A DNA stretch of 64,000 bases from positions 316,344-380,343 of the IMG/VR virus record IMGVR_UViG_3300030102_006934. One strand, written 5' to 3'. A program made the position numbers and the translations under genes. The notes under the pieces were generated by a model. That model was not told where the DNA came from, made no database searches, and was given only the letters and a program-made list of their open reading frames with translations. Positions 8,349 through 18,998 of this stretch are shown here, one piece after another. Positions within the stretch are counted from its first letter, which is position 1, and every line of letters begins with the position of its first letter.

Positions 8349-8732
8349 TTATATATCAATTTGTTTAACATCTTTAAAGTATTTTTCAATACCCTCATAG
8401 TCTACAAAACTACCCAAATTATCTAATAAGCCTTGTAGTGTCATGATCTTCCAATCTAGTAAGTTATGTAAATCGTCTACTTCATTTTGAAGTTTATACC
8501 CCCATGTATCGAAATCTTCATCTGAAAGCTTATTTAATTTTTTTTCTACACTCTTACGCTTTTCATAAGAAGAATCATTTATTTTAGACAAAGACCACCA
8601 TATAGAATTTAAATCCATCTCTCCCTTTATTATTTCATCTAAAGTAGTAAATGTTATGGTACTATATATATTATTGATTTTGTTAATTTCTTTTTCTACA
8701 AAATCCCTATATTTTTTAACTTCTTCTACCAT
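8349..8732 (-). CDS. Hypothetical protein
   Basis: 127 aa; minus-strand TATATTTG at 8737-8744. Confidence 0.7.
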   Translation of the reverse strand: MVEEVKKYRDFVEKEINKINNIYSTITFTTLDEIIKGEMDLNSIWWSLSKINDSSYEKRKSVEKKLNKLSDEDFDTWGYKLQNEVDDLHNLLDWKIMTLQGLLDNLGSFVDYEGIEKYFKDVKQIDI

Positions 8733-8758
8733 AATACAAATATAATAAATTAAGTTGA

Positions 8759-10189
8759 TTAACCTATTTTAGACCTATTATTTTTAATAAAATCTAAGAC
8801 TTCATCCTCCATTTGTTCAGAACTAGAATCTACGGAATTTTCTAGGATATCTAAATCAGTTTTTATACCATAAAACTCCATACCATCATTATTCTCTAAT
8901 TTTAATTTTAACATATTAATTATTCTATATGAGGCGGGGTCTAATGGATCAACCTTAAGTAGGTTTATAACTTCTTTGTCTGGTCTGGATAAGAATACGT
9001 AAAAATTACTTTGGTTATGTTTTTCTAAATCTTCTGGTGTATAACTCCATTTCCTAAGTAATACCTTACTATCTGTATTATTTATCTTTTTAGCATCAAT
9101 CTTACCAGCAATCTCATTTTTCTTTGATTGATCAATTTCATCAGATATGTCTTTCATAACTTCAAACTGGTTTAATATGTGTGGATTGTTTATAACAACC
9201 AATAATCTTTCATCCACAGTTAAATTATCTCTCATCTCTTTATAATCATTAATACTAACCTCACCTTGTGTATATTTGGTTATAAATTCGTTCTTTTGTT
9301 TAGGACTTAAATCTCCTGACAATACTTTGAATGTATTTGAGTCTAACTTAACATCTTTACTATTCAATAATTTATCAACCACGGAACTTCTTTGTTCTGG
9401 TTTTAAGATATCATTAAACTTCTTATAATCCCTTATAGTAGGGTTTTTTAAATAAGTTTGTAGTTGTGCACTTAATTTTTTCTCTTTATGTATAGGATTA
9501 AAAGCCTCAACTTTATCCATCATTTCTTGGGTGACCCAAGTTGGTCTGTTTTGACTAGGGCTATCTTGGGCGTCCCACCAAGTTTGGCCTCCACCATCAG
9601 TAAATTTATATTGTAAAGCGTACTTGTAGTCTCTACCAGTTGCTGGAGCATTTTTCTTAATAAAGAAATAAAAATTAGAATGTCTACTATAATCCTCAAA
9701 GTGACTATTAAAACCATCAGCACCGGCAGTTGCCGCAATACACCACTGTGAACCAGCTCCATACTTACAAGAGGCCTGAACTGTAAAAGGTGCGAAAACA
9801 ACAACCTCATCATCTTCATATACTTTTTTAGCTTGTTTAGCGAATTTTTTTTCTTCTGCTTTCTTTTCAGCTTCATCAACAACCGCTTTAAATTCAAATA
9901 TAGATTCATAAGAATTAATATCTTTGTTTTTAATTCTAGGTAAATTTTTGTGAAACCCCTTAACCAACTTAACAATTGAATCAGCACTAAGAATATCTTC
10001 TTCCGCTTCTAACTTACCTAAAGCTGCTTTAGTCATCCACCCTAAATATTTATTATTTCCAGATGGATCTTCTTGTGATAATTTATTGATTAGGTCTATA
10101 TTTTCTTCCCCATATTTTCTTATCACATCTTCTTTTCTACCCTCTAATAATATGGTAGATTCTAAAATTTGATTTAAATTAAATTCCAT
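8759..10189 (-). CDS. Hypothetical protein, paralog family A (CKYGxGxxWC)
   Basis: Full-length similarity to 27648-29111; leader ends LLE. Confidence 0.8.
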   Translation of the reverse strand: MEFNLNQILESTILLEGRKEDVIRKYGEENIDLINKLSQEDPSGNNKYLGWMTKAALGKLEAEEDILSADSIVKLVKGFHKNLPRIKNKDINSYESIFEFKAVVDEAEKKAEEKKFAKQAKKVYEDDEVVVFAPFTVQASCKYGAGSQWCIAATAGADGFNSHFEDYSRHSNFYFFIKKNAPATGRDYKYALQYKFTDGGGQTWWDAQDSPSQNRPTWVTQEMMDKVEAFNPIHKEKKLSAQLQTYLKNPTIRDYKKFNDILKPEQRSSVVDKLLNSKDVKLDSNTFKVLSGDLSPKQKNEFITKYTQGEVSINDYKEMRDNLTVDERLLVVINNPHILNQFEVMKDISDEIDQSKKNEIAGKIDAKKINNTDSKVLLRKWSYTPEDLEKHNQSNFYVFLSRPDKEVINLLKVDPLDPASYRIINMLKLKLENNDGMEFYGIKTDLDILENSVDSSSEQMEDEVLDFIKNNRSKIG

Positions 10190-10192
10190 TAC

Positions 10193-10606
10193 TTATTTCT
10201 TTTTTTTATAAATATCTTGGTTTTCTTTAAATTTCCTTAAAATCTTATGAGATTCTTCAGTTAATCTAAAACTTTTATCCCTATTCTCTTTTTTAGGTAT
10301 GAATTTAAGGTTATCCATAGACCCAACTAAGTGAGGTGGTATATTCTCTAAATATGCGTGAGCGATTGGAAGTACGTGGTCTAATTCATAGCAACCAGAC
10401 CTACCCCAACAACGTTTGGTGTAGTTTTTTAATTTTTTTAATGGCTGCATTTCAGTTACCAACCAAACCCTTAAATAATATAATCTTTTTTTCTTATTCT
10501 TTATTTTATCTAAAGATCTTTTTTTAAGTTTAGGCATTATTCGATAGATATCAACCTCAGTGGTGTCATATAGTTTAAACCCCTTTTTATTTTTCTTTAA
10601 ACCCAT
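10193..10606 (-). CDS. Basic HNH-like protein
   Basis: CYELDHVLPI...NLKFIPKKENRDK. Confidence 0.6.
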   Translation of the reverse strand: MGLKKNKKGFKLYDTTEVDIYRIMPKLKKRSLDKIKNKKKRLYYLRVWLVTEMQPLKKLKNYTKRCWGRSGCYELDHVLPIAHAYLENIPPHLVGSMDNLKFIPKKENRDKSFRLTEESHKILRKFKENQDIYKKKK

Positions 10607-10651
10607 TTACAATAAACTATTATATGTTATAATTATTATAAAATAAAGATT

Positions 10652-10837
10652 ATGACAAACGAACAAAAAGGTAAATATTACGATCAGTTACTAAAAGAAC
10701 ATGATCAAAAAGCTTCTAGAGTTAGTAACTTAAAGAATAAAATAGACATTACCAAAGAAGAAAAGGAAGAGATTAAAAAATTAAAACAAGAAATGGTGGA
10801 AATTCAAAGAAAAGCCTATTCTTTAGGAACACTTTAA
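10652..10837 (+). CDS. Small coiled-coil hypothetical protein
   Basis: 61 aa, charged heptad pattern. Confidence 0.65.
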   Translation: MTNEQKGKYYDQLLKEHDQKASRVSNLKNKIDITKEEKEEIKKLKQEMVEIQRKAYSLGTL

Positions 10838-10840
10838 GTT

Positions 10841-11548
10841 ATGGTAGCTTACGTATTTGATGTAGATGGTACTCTGACACCTAGTAGATTACCCATGAAT
10901 CAAGAATTCAGTCAATTTTTTACTAATTGGTCGAGGGATAAAGAAGTATTTTTTGTTACAGGTTCAAATAGTGATAAAACTATTGAACAAGTTGGTTTAG
11001 ATATATGGAAAAACATTACCGCATCATTACAGTCTTGCGGGAATCAAATATTCATAGATGGTAAAGAAGTTTACAAAAACGAGTGGGAACCTAATGAAAA
11101 ATTAATTAGTTTATTAGAATACTTTTTAATGAGTTCTGACTATAGAAAAAGAACTTCTAACCATATTGAAGAAAGGGTTGGTTTATTAAACTTCTCTGTT
11201 GTTGGTAGGGATTGTACACAACAAGAGAGAGAAAATTATTACGAGTGGGATAAAACGGCTCAAGAGAGGGTCTCCATGGTAAAAGAGATTATGGAGAAGT
11301 TTACAGAGCTAGAAGCTTCTGTTGGTGGTCAAATATCCATAGACATTCACCCTAAAGGTGCTAATAAAGGACAAGCTAAAGATTGGATATTAAATCATTT
11401 AGGTAAAGATACAAGTATTTATTTTTACGGTGATAAAACAGAATTTGGTGGGAATGATTATGACCTAGCAAAAGTACTTACAGAAGATAGACATAAAGTC
11501 TTTCAAGTGAGTGGTTGGGAGGAGACTTATAAACTACTAAAAAAATAG
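10841..11548 (+). CDS. Eukaryote-type phosphomannomutase (HAD IIB)
   Basis: FDVDGTLT, IEERVGLLNFSVVGR, GGQISIDI, FYGDKTEFGGNDY. Confidence 0.85.
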   Translation: MVAYVFDVDGTLTPSRLPMNQEFSQFFTNWSRDKEVFFVTGSNSDKTIEQVGLDIWKNITASLQSCGNQIFIDGKEVYKNEWEPNEKLISLLEYFLMSSDYRKRTSNHIEERVGLLNFSVVGRDCTQQERENYYEWDKTAQERVSMVKEIMEKFTELEASVGGQISIDIHPKGANKGQAKDWILNHLGKDTSIYFYGDKTEFGGNDYDLAKVLTEDRHKVFQVSGWEETYKLLKK

Positions 11549-11595
11549 ACATCATAATAATTTTTTATTATATTTGTGTTAGTTATTTGAAATAT

Positions 11596-11992
11596 GGGGG
11601 TATTCTGGATTTGACTTGCAGTAATCAAGATTGGTGTAAGCATGTCGTGAAATGATACTATCACGTAAATCTGTGTATTACAACTCTTAAATGGCAACAT
11701 TTTAGAAAACGCAACAGTAGGTCATTTTGTGGCTGAAGATGCAGCTGTAGTAGCCTAATTAGATTAGGACTAACTACCCATCACAACTAAGACTCCGATA
11801 TTAGAGTATGTGATGTCAACGAATCGGAAACAGACTTAGTATGGTATAGTAGCCAAGTCGAACTACTATCAATGTTGTTGAACACTGTAAAAAAATCAAC
11901 TATTTTGGTAAGTTAGAAAACTTAATCCTAAACATGTAGAAGACCGTTAAGATGCGGTAAGGACATGGGTTCGACTCCCATTACCTCCACCA
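11596..11992 (+). ncRNA. ssrA: tmRNA
   Basis: 5' GGGGGTATTCTGGATTTGAC; 3' GGGTTCGACTCCCATTACCTCCACCA; G3-U70; TATATTTG at 11569. Confidence 0.95.
11693..11758 (+). other. tmRNA tag frame (A)GNILENATVGHFVAEDAAVVA*
   Basis: TTAAAT-GGC resume context; open to TAA. Confidence 0.75.
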
Positions 11993-12136
11993 TTAAGGTT
12001 GGTAGTGTCTCTACGGAGAGCTTGTAGAAATACACTGCAGTCCCTGATTTGATCAATCAAAAACTACCATTTTTCCTTGTTTTTAAAAAACAAGGTGGTG
12101 GAAAACCTAAAAAATGGTTAATCCATTCAAGGCCCC

Positions 12137-12167
12137 AAAAACCCTCACAGAGATGTGGGGGTTTTTT
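12137..12167 (+). terminator. Intrinsic terminator
   Basis: AAAAACCCTCACA-gaga-TGTGGGGGTTTTTT. Confidence 0.8.
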
Positions 12168-12190
12168 AGTTACAAAGGATATTTATTATT

Positions 12191-12388
12191 GTGAGTATCA
12201 AAAGAATCATAAAAGAAGAGGTGGATGAATTTGATTGGGTTAAAGATGTTAACCCAAGACTACCAATATCTAAAAAAGAAATATCTTTGATTAATGAAGT
12301 TATAAATTTCCTAATTGATAATGAACAGTATGGTGATGATTGGGGTGAACATATCGATACACTTCAAAAAATAATAGACCAAGGTTAA
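12191..12388 (+). CDS. xE-DFDW leader family protein
   Basis: GTG start after ATATTTAT (12179); MSIKRIIKEEVDEFDWV. Confidence 0.75.
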   Translation: MSIKRIIKEEVDEFDWVKDVNPRLPISKKEISLINEVINFLIDNEQYGDDWGEHIDTLQKIIDQG

Positions 12389-12390
12389 AA

Positions 12391-13839
12391 ATGAACATAA
12401 AAAGGGTTATACGAGAAGAGTTGAGTGACTTTGACTGGGTTGAAGAGATACCCAGTGTATTACCCAAAGATAGTGATTGGTGGATAATCAATGATGTTGA
12501 TCCCTATAGTTTAGAGGTAAGTGAAGAAATACAAGATTTTGTATTTAAACAAGGTTTTACTTGGATGTCGGGTCGGAAAAATTTCGTACCCAACAAGGTC
12601 GTAGCAATCTCACATCGAGGTGGAACATATGATCAACAATTAGGTAGATTTGGTTTTTACCGTCCATCTGACCATTCACCAAGTGACATAGAAAGATATG
12701 AAACAGGGAAAGATGACCTAGTTTATCGATGGAGTGAAATCGTTAAACCAATTAAAGAATCGGATGATATGGATTGGATTAGAGATATAAAACCAACAGA
12801 CCCAATCGGTGATTTCCTCATGAAAAAATTTCATGAGAAAATGGTTACTTATTTATCGTTGGGTGGTAGAAAAGGTGATGTTATTTCTAGGGAATGGGCT
12901 ACCGTTGAAGCTTTTTTAATTGAATTAAGGGAATTAAAAGAGAATGGCTTTGTTAATTTTTTAAGTAGGGTATTATTACAAAGTCATGTCGATAGACCTT
13001 ACCCACATGTCTTAAAGGCTATAGAAGACTCAGGTTTTGACGTTAATAAGTCAGAAGAAACCAAAAGACTTTATAAAATATTTCAGTCTTATAACTCTTT
13101 GGGTAATAGAATAAAAAGGACTTTAAAAAAAACTTTCATAAGAGAGAATGACCTAGATTGGATTGCTGGTGTTAGTAAAGACTATTGGGATTATTATGAT
13201 GCTGTGGTTTTCAAAAAAACATTGTTTGATGCTGAATTTAAGAAGTTTATTAACCAAGCCCTAAAATCCGTACAACCAACCAACGCTTCAGATTGGGAAG
13301 AAGATGATGAGATGAGTGATTTAGAGTACTTAAATTATAGGATTAGAAGACATGGCCAAGCTTTTATCGGAAAATACAGAGATGAAAAAGGTCGGAATGT
13401 TTTAGTTTTTGGTCAGGACCCAGATTATGAACTATACCCCCAAGTAAAGGATGCTAAAACTATAAATTACGAAGATATAAAAAAGGGGTTGTTCGAATCC
13501 AACGACTTTAGTTGGATCCAAGATATAGAACCACCGGTATTTAAACAACTAGATATTGCCACAAAAGATGATAATGATATAAACGTAAAGTGGGGTGATA
13601 ATGGGGATTTTAGTGAGGTGATAGATTCTAGTGGTCATAGGTATTTTAATCAAAGGGAATTAGGTTTATTTTTAGGTCTTTCTTATAGAAATTGGTCTGA
13701 AACTATTAATAATCTAGGGAAGTCAAATCTACTATTATATATAAAACACTTGATTGATTCTATAGAGTGGAGTTTACCAAGAGAACAGGAAGATTATGAT
13801 GATTTTATTAAATTATATAAAATAGTGGAAAAGTTATGA
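12391..13839 (+). CDS. Modular xE-DFDW polyprotein (4 modules)
   Basis: IREELSDFDWV, IKESDDMDWI, IRENDLDWI, LFESNDFSWI. Confidence 0.85.
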   Translation: MNIKRVIREELSDFDWVEEIPSVLPKDSDWWIINDVDPYSLEVSEEIQDFVFKQGFTWMSGRKNFVPNKVVAISHRGGTYDQQLGRFGFYRPSDHSPSDIERYETGKDDLVYRWSEIVKPIKESDDMDWIRDIKPTDPIGDFLMKKFHEKMVTYLSLGGRKGDVISREWATVEAFLIELRELKENGFVNFLSRVLLQSHVDRPYPHVLKAIEDSGFDVNKSEETKRLYKIFQSYNSLGNRIKRTLKKTFIRENDLDWIAGVSKDYWDYYDAVVFKKTLFDAEFKKFINQALKSVQPTNASDWEEDDEMSDLEYLNYRIRRHGQAFIGKYRDEKGRNVLVFGQDPDYELYPQVKDAKTINYEDIKKGLFESNDFSWIQDIEPPVFKQLDIATKDDNDINVKWGDNGDFSEVIDSSGHRYFNQRELGLFLGLSYRNWSETINNLGKSNLLLYIKHLIDSIEWSLPREQEDYDDFIKLYKIVEKL

Positions 13840-14366
13840 ACCTAAAAAAAATTATAAAAGAGGAATTAATTAAAGAATCTGGTGTAGAAAATTATCTACA
13901 ATCAATATCTAGTATAACTTCAGGTAATCAAAAAAAGTATTACCAATGGATTTTAGATAATCTAGAAAAAATTCCTGTTGTTAGTTATCGTTCTAACGAA
14001 GAACTAAAAGATAAAATAGATTCTTTTGTGGGAAAAATGAGACGCCGTGGTAGTTTTTGTGAAAAGAAAGGTTGTTTTGATACTGCCTATAATACAGCAA
14101 TGCATGTTCCTGGAGTTCATTATATAGAAGGTTATGTTCAATCCATGATACCTATTGTTCACGCATGGAATTATCTTCCAGAAGAAGGTATATATTTTGA
14201 TTTAATTAACGATATAGCTTGGGAAGAAGAAGATTCACACTTTAACGAATACTATAAGGTTATAGATTTAGATAAGTCAGGTGTGTTAAAATGGTCCATT
14301 GAAACTGGTTACGGTGGTGGATTCCTAGAAAGCCCAAAGTTTGTTAAACATATTTTAAAACAATAA
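13836..14366 (+). CDS. Leader-bearing protein, possible papain/transglutaminase-like fold
   Basis: MNLKKIIKEELIKE; KGCFDTA, YIEGYV, IVHAWN. Confidence 0.7.
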   Translation: MNLKKIIKEELIKESGVENYLQSISSITSGNQKKYYQWILDNLEKIPVVSYRSNEELKDKIDSFVGKMRRRGSFCEKKGCFDTAYNTAMHVPGVHYIEGYVQSMIPIVHAWNYLPEEGIYFDLINDIAWEEEDSHFNEYYKVIDLDKSGVLKWSIETGYGGGFLESPKFVKHILKQ

Positions 14367-14382
14367 TTAAATATTTATTATT

Positions 14383-15408
14383 ATGAACATCAAAAGAATT
14401 ATAAAAGAGGAGATGGATGACTTTGATTGGGTTAGAAATATAGAGGTTGATACTGATTTAACCCCTGCTCAACTTTACAATAGAATTAATGATTTACCAA
14501 ATGGTATAGTTGGCCCTTATGTCGGTGAAAACTTCGCTGATATTAAGTATGAGAATGGTAGGTACTATTTAATGGTTGATGATTTTTGTGATTTTAAAGA
14601 ATGGTTTAGTGATAGAGAAAACGGTTCTCAAGGTTATTATATGAATCAATGGGCTTTTACACAAGCTTTTTGTGGAGAAGATGATTTTTTTGAACCTTAT
14701 GGTGATTTGGTTTATGATTGGATTGACCAAGTATGGGAACTTGTTGCGGGGGATGAAAAATTATATAATTATGTAGTTGATTACATTACTGAAAACTTAG
14801 TTGGGGATGAGATGAGATTAGATAATGAGGAAAAAATATTAACTTTAGAAGATGTTCTTACTTGGTCAGCTGATTCAGATGTTTTAGGAATGGTTATAAA
14901 TGAACTAGATGTTTTTGAGGATTTAAAATGGGAATTAGAGAGATCTTACGAAAATGCTTATAATACATTTGTTGTTGATAATATGTATAAAGCAGGTAGG
15001 GATGCTATCACAGATGTTGTGGGTGATGGTGAAAGAAAAGATGTAGAACTTTATAATTCATACAGTAAATCCAATTACAACGCTAATAAATTAGTTTTTG
15101 ACGTGACGAGTATGTTGTCAGATTATCTTTATGAGGCTATTGAGTATTGTATAGATAATAGATGTAAACCTTATTGGAAACCAGAGAATTATGATTTTGA
15201 ATCGGAGGGTGAGACGGAAGAAGAAGCTTTTGAAGATTTTTGTCATGAGTGTATGAATTACCCCTTTGATGACCATGGGTCTTTCCTTTCTTTTATGAAA
15301 GAAATATTAGAAGAAAATGGGGACTTATTAAATCCTAGAGTCGATGATTACCCTAGTAACGATGAGATAGAAGATTATTTTATAGAAGACGTACATGGAA
15401 GATTCTAA
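14383..15408 (+). CDS. Acidic xE-DFDW family protein (paralog B1)
   Basis: ATATTTAT at 14371; MNIKRIIKEEMDDFDWV; similar to the C-terminal module of 15395-16759. Confidence 0.85.
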   Translation: MNIKRIIKEEMDDFDWVRNIEVDTDLTPAQLYNRINDLPNGIVGPYVGENFADIKYENGRYYLMVDDFCDFKEWFSDRENGSQGYYMNQWAFTQAFCGEDDFFEPYGDLVYDWIDQVWELVAGDEKLYNYVVDYITENLVGDEMRLDNEEKILTLEDVLTWSADSDVLGMVINELDVFEDLKWELERSYENAYNTFVVDNMYKAGRDAITDVVGDGERKDVELYNSYSKSNYNANKLVFDVTSMLSDYLYEAIEYCIDNRCKPYWKPENYDFESEGETEEEAFEDFCHECMNYPFDDHGSFLSFMKEILEENGDLLNPRVDDYPSNDEIEDYFIEDVHGRF

Positions 15409-16759
15409 AAAAACAAATTTAAAATTAATTATACGAGAAGAGTTGGATGACTTTGATTGGGTCAGAGACGTGAATACCAATCAAGATATCGCATTAGACA
15501 TTGTTAATAAAACTAAATTTTTTGTGTTAGACGGTAGTTTAAGGGTAGACCTACCTTTTATGAGTTATTATGAAGGTTATCCAGTGAAACAGTTATTTAA
15601 CTCCTCGTCATTACTTAAAAGTAATAGCCCTACTATTATGTTCCTTAATTACGTTAGCCAAAATCATGGGTTTGAAAGAACCGACTTCATGGCCAAATAT
15701 AACATAAACGCAAATGTACGTGATATATGGTTTAGGTATAAAAATTTAATGACACAAAAAGTTTTAGACAACCTTAAAGATAAACCAATTAACGAATCAG
15801 ATGACTTTGGTTGGGTTAGGGATATAAAGATTGATTATGATTTAACTCCTGCTCAGTTTTACCATAGGTATGAAGGTAATTTACCACTAAAATTTGTAGG
15901 ACCACTAATAGATAATGGATTTATTGATATAGACTATGATGGAGATGAACTTTATTTAAAATTGGAAGACGGTTGGTGTGATTTAAAATCACTTTTTACG
16001 GAACATGATACCAGTTCTTCTCAAGGAGCATACATTAACAAAAGTTTAGTTAATAATTTATATTGTGATGAGGATTACTTTGAACCATTCGATGGGATAG
16101 TTTATGATTGGGAAGATCAAGTTTGGGGCCTTATAACTCAAGATGATGAACTATATAAATACATAATAGACCATATAAACGAAAATATTGTGGGTTACCA
16201 AATGGATTTTGAGGGTGAACAAAGAACTCTAACTAAGGAAGATATTCTTGAATGGTCTGCCGACTCCGATGGGTTGGGTGAAGTCATCAATGACTTGAAT
16301 GTTTTTGAGGATTTAAAATGGGAATTAGAACTTTCTTATGAAAATGCTTATAACAATGTAATTAGAGATAATATTTACGAATCCGTTAGAAAAAGTGTTG
16401 AGGATTATCTTGGTCCGGCTGATTGGTATGGTAATGTTTTAACTTTTAAAGTAACTGAACCTCTTTTAGAACTTATAGGTAATGAAATTGGTGATTGTTG
16501 GGAAAACTGTAAACGACTTTGGGATCCAAAAGAATATGAAGATACTTATATGATGTTCAATAAAACCGAAGAAGAAGCTTTTGAGGAATACTGTGGTTCT
16601 TGTTTTGACCACCCATTTGATTCATATGGTTACTTTTTGGATTTCTTTAGTGAGTACTTATCTGAAGAAGGGGAATTACTAAACCCAAGGCTTGATGAAT
16701 TCGCGTCAGATGCTGAAATGTTACCATATTTTAAAGACGAGGTCTATTCTAGATTTTAA
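15395..16759 (+). CDS. Two-module xE-DFDW polyprotein (paralog B2)
   Basis: IIREELDDFDWV; INESDDFGWV. Confidence 0.85.
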   Translation: MEDSKKTNLKLIIREELDDFDWVRDVNTNQDIALDIVNKTKFFVLDGSLRVDLPFMSYYEGYPVKQLFNSSSLLKSNSPTIMFLNYVSQNHGFERTDFMAKYNINANVRDIWFRYKNLMTQKVLDNLKDKPINESDDFGWVRDIKIDYDLTPAQFYHRYEGNLPLKFVGPLIDNGFIDIDYDGDELYLKLEDGWCDLKSLFTEHDTSSSQGAYINKSLVNNLYCDEDYFEPFDGIVYDWEDQVWGLITQDDELYKYIIDHINENIVGYQMDFEGEQRTLTKEDILEWSADSDGLGEVINDLNVFEDLKWELELSYENAYNNVIRDNIYESVRKSVEDYLGPADWYGNVLTFKVTEPLLELIGNEIGDCWENCKRLWDPKEYEDTYMMFNKTEEEAFEEYCGSCFDHPFDSYGYFLDFFSEYLSEEGELLNPRLDEFASDAEMLPYFKDEVYSRF

Positions 16760-16806
16760 TTTTAGGTTTACAAACAATTCAGATATTTATAATTAAAACT
16801 AATCAT

Positions 16807-17553
16807 ATGTTATTAGGGTTTAATATCCAATTATTGGTAGCAATATTTTTTATCCCTTTAATCTACGCTGTAATAATTTATTTTACATCACCATATAAAT
16901 CAGTTAGTTTTAGAAGGGGGTTATTATACCTATGGGCTGGTTTACTTTCACCTACTGTAGTTCAAATGTTCTATTTTTTTATACCACACTTAAGGGAAAA
17001 TCATTCGGATTTCTACCAAATGTTCGCCATCGTAGGGCCAGTTGAGGAGATATCTAAATTTATTTTATTTTATACCGTATTAATCGTAACCAAAGAAAAG
17101 AAAATTAGTGACCACCCCTTCAAGTATATGTTCTATTTCGCTATGACTGGATTAGGTTTTGCTATTTTTGAGAATATTCACTATATCATGATGTATGGTG
17201 AATCCGTATTACCTATAAGGACTTTTACCAGTACAGTAGCTCACATGATATTTGGTTTGTTGTTTGGGTATTGGATTGGTTTAGGTACCATTGTTAGGAA
17301 AAATTTTGAAGACCGTTCTGTTTTTGGGGTTTTGGTTAGAAAAAACCACGATTTAAGAAGATTTATTTATTTTATAGTAGGTTTTGTTTTTGCCTTTTTT
17401 TACCACGGAATGTTTAATTATAATTTAGCCACGTCAGAAAGTTCAACTATGGTAATATTGATAATGTTAATATCTTTTGGTTTGGTAACTTCTAAGTTAT
17501 TGGCTGATGATTTAAATAGAAAATGGTCTTCTAGGTCTAAAAATAATTACTGA
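16807..17553 (+). CDS. PrsW-family intramembrane metalloprotease
   Basis: VGPVEEISK, GLGFAIFEN, AHMIF, YHGMFN; multiple TM helices. Confidence 0.85.
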   Translation: MLLGFNIQLLVAIFFIPLIYAVIIYFTSPYKSVSFRRGLLYLWAGLLSPTVVQMFYFFIPHLRENHSDFYQMFAIVGPVEEISKFILFYTVLIVTKEKKISDHPFKYMFYFAMTGLGFAIFENIHYIMMYGESVLPIRTFTSTVAHMIFGLLFGYWIGLGTIVRKNFEDRSVFGVLVRKNHDLRRFIYFIVGFVFAFFYHGMFNYNLATSESSTMVILIMLISFGLVTSKLLADDLNRKWSSRSKNNY

Positions 17554-18997
17554 AATCTATAACCCTCCTATTACCAACAAGCTGATGTTTTATTTTGTAG
17601 GTATTAAATGAAAACCAGTGATTCTTAATTCCGAATTCAAAAGAACTTAGTTTTTTTCGTAATGAAATAGATAATAAATCTTCTTCTACGGATCTCTTAT
17701 TAATTATTCTTTCATAAACTTTATTGAAATATCTTTCTCTAAATAACCCATCCCTTACAAACCTTTTCTTAAAATAGTCTATTAACTTAATTTGATTTTC
17801 AACGTTATCAACAAAAAATATGTCAGGTTGTATTCTATTAATATGTAGGTATTGGATGAAACCGTTAATTCTATTTAAATCTTGTAAATTAAATTCACAA
17901 TTAAAATAATTCTTAGATAACCTAAGACAACGTAATAAACTTAATCTTAAATAAAGATGTTTTGACTTCATCTTATTTTGAAAAATAAATTCGTGTAATT
18001 TATTTTTAATTTCATCACTGTATTTATCCCTAAAAAATAAATCCCATATAACTAATAAACTTTCCTTGTGCCAACTTAACAAATTGGTGATGACTCCCCC
18101 ATACAAGCTCTCTATTGAGGAGATAATTTTTACCGAATTAAAATCTGGTTTAACCTTATAGTAAGTCAAACCATCTTCTTCCATAAAAACCACATCATCA
18201 CCCTCTCTAGGCGTAACCCACACAAAGTTTTCTGAAAATAATTTAGAGTCTTGATTAATTCTAGAAAGCCAAACATTACCAACAGCTAACATACCACCAT
18301 TCTCAAATCTTAATACCTCTCTAAGGAGAGACATCTCAGAATCAAAATTTTTTGTAATAGTCTTTAATTCTGTAGATTTCTTTTTCATTCTGTAAGCTGT
18401 TTGAACGGGGTGTTTTAAAGAAGTAACCTCAATCATATCACGAAGTATAAAATCAACAAACTCATCTGTATAAACTATTTTTTTTGATACTCTGTTTATA
18501 CCTGCCATACAACAATTTAAATCAAAAGTGTTGATTAACCCTAAATAATATTTATCTAAATCTTTAGAATACTCCCCATTGTGATGAAAAACATCTAAAA
18601 ATATTTTGTTTATAATACCATCTACCTCACTAGATTTCATGGTTATTTGTTCGCCAAAAGAAGTTATAAAATACTTAGCGTAATCAGAACCAACTGTATT
18701 ATCTAAATTTATTTGTTGTATTTCCTTTTGTAGACTTAATTGTGAATAGTCGGGAAAGTAATCTTCCGAGTAATTAAAAGAAAACACATCCACATCGTTT
18801 ATCGTTGGGTTATTAAGTTTATCCTTATTAAGGATATAATATATTGTGTTGGCTACAGCACCACCACAAATAAAATGTTCAATAGGAACCTCATCAAATT
18901 GAGTGCCACGGATGTGACACTCATGTTTGATTATGTTGAGGACTTCGTTAAAAGTCTCGTTAGATTCCAGTATTTTAATTACTTCCTCTTTTTTCAT
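17537..18997 (-). CDS. Protein with N-terminal nucleotidyltransferase-like domain
   Basis: FICGGAVAN, INDVDVF, INTFDLNCC; ATG 18997 preferred over the ORF-track start. Confidence 0.65.
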   Translation of the reverse strand: MKKEEVIKILESNETFNEVLNIIKHECHIRGTQFDEVPIEHFICGGAVANTIYYILNKDKLNNPTINDVDVFSFNYSEDYFPDYSQLSLQKEIQQINLDNTVGSDYAKYFITSFGEQITMKSSEVDGIINKIFLDVFHHNGEYSKDLDKYYLGLINTFDLNCCMAGINRVSKKIVYTDEFVDFILRDMIEVTSLKHPVQTAYRMKKKSTELKTITKNFDSEMSLLREVLRFENGGMLAVGNVWLSRINQDSKLFSENFVWVTPREGDDVVFMEEDGLTYYKVKPDFNSVKIISSIESLYGGVITNLLSWHKESLLVIWDLFFRDKYSDEIKNKLHEFIFQNKMKSKHLYLRLSLLRCLRLSKNYFNCEFNLQDLNRINGFIQYLHINRIQPDIFFVDNVENQIKLIDYFKKRFVRDGLFRERYFNKVYERIINKRSVEEDLLSISLRKKLSSFEFGIKNHWFSFNTYKIKHQLVGNRRVIDFSNYF

Positions 18998-18998
18998 T

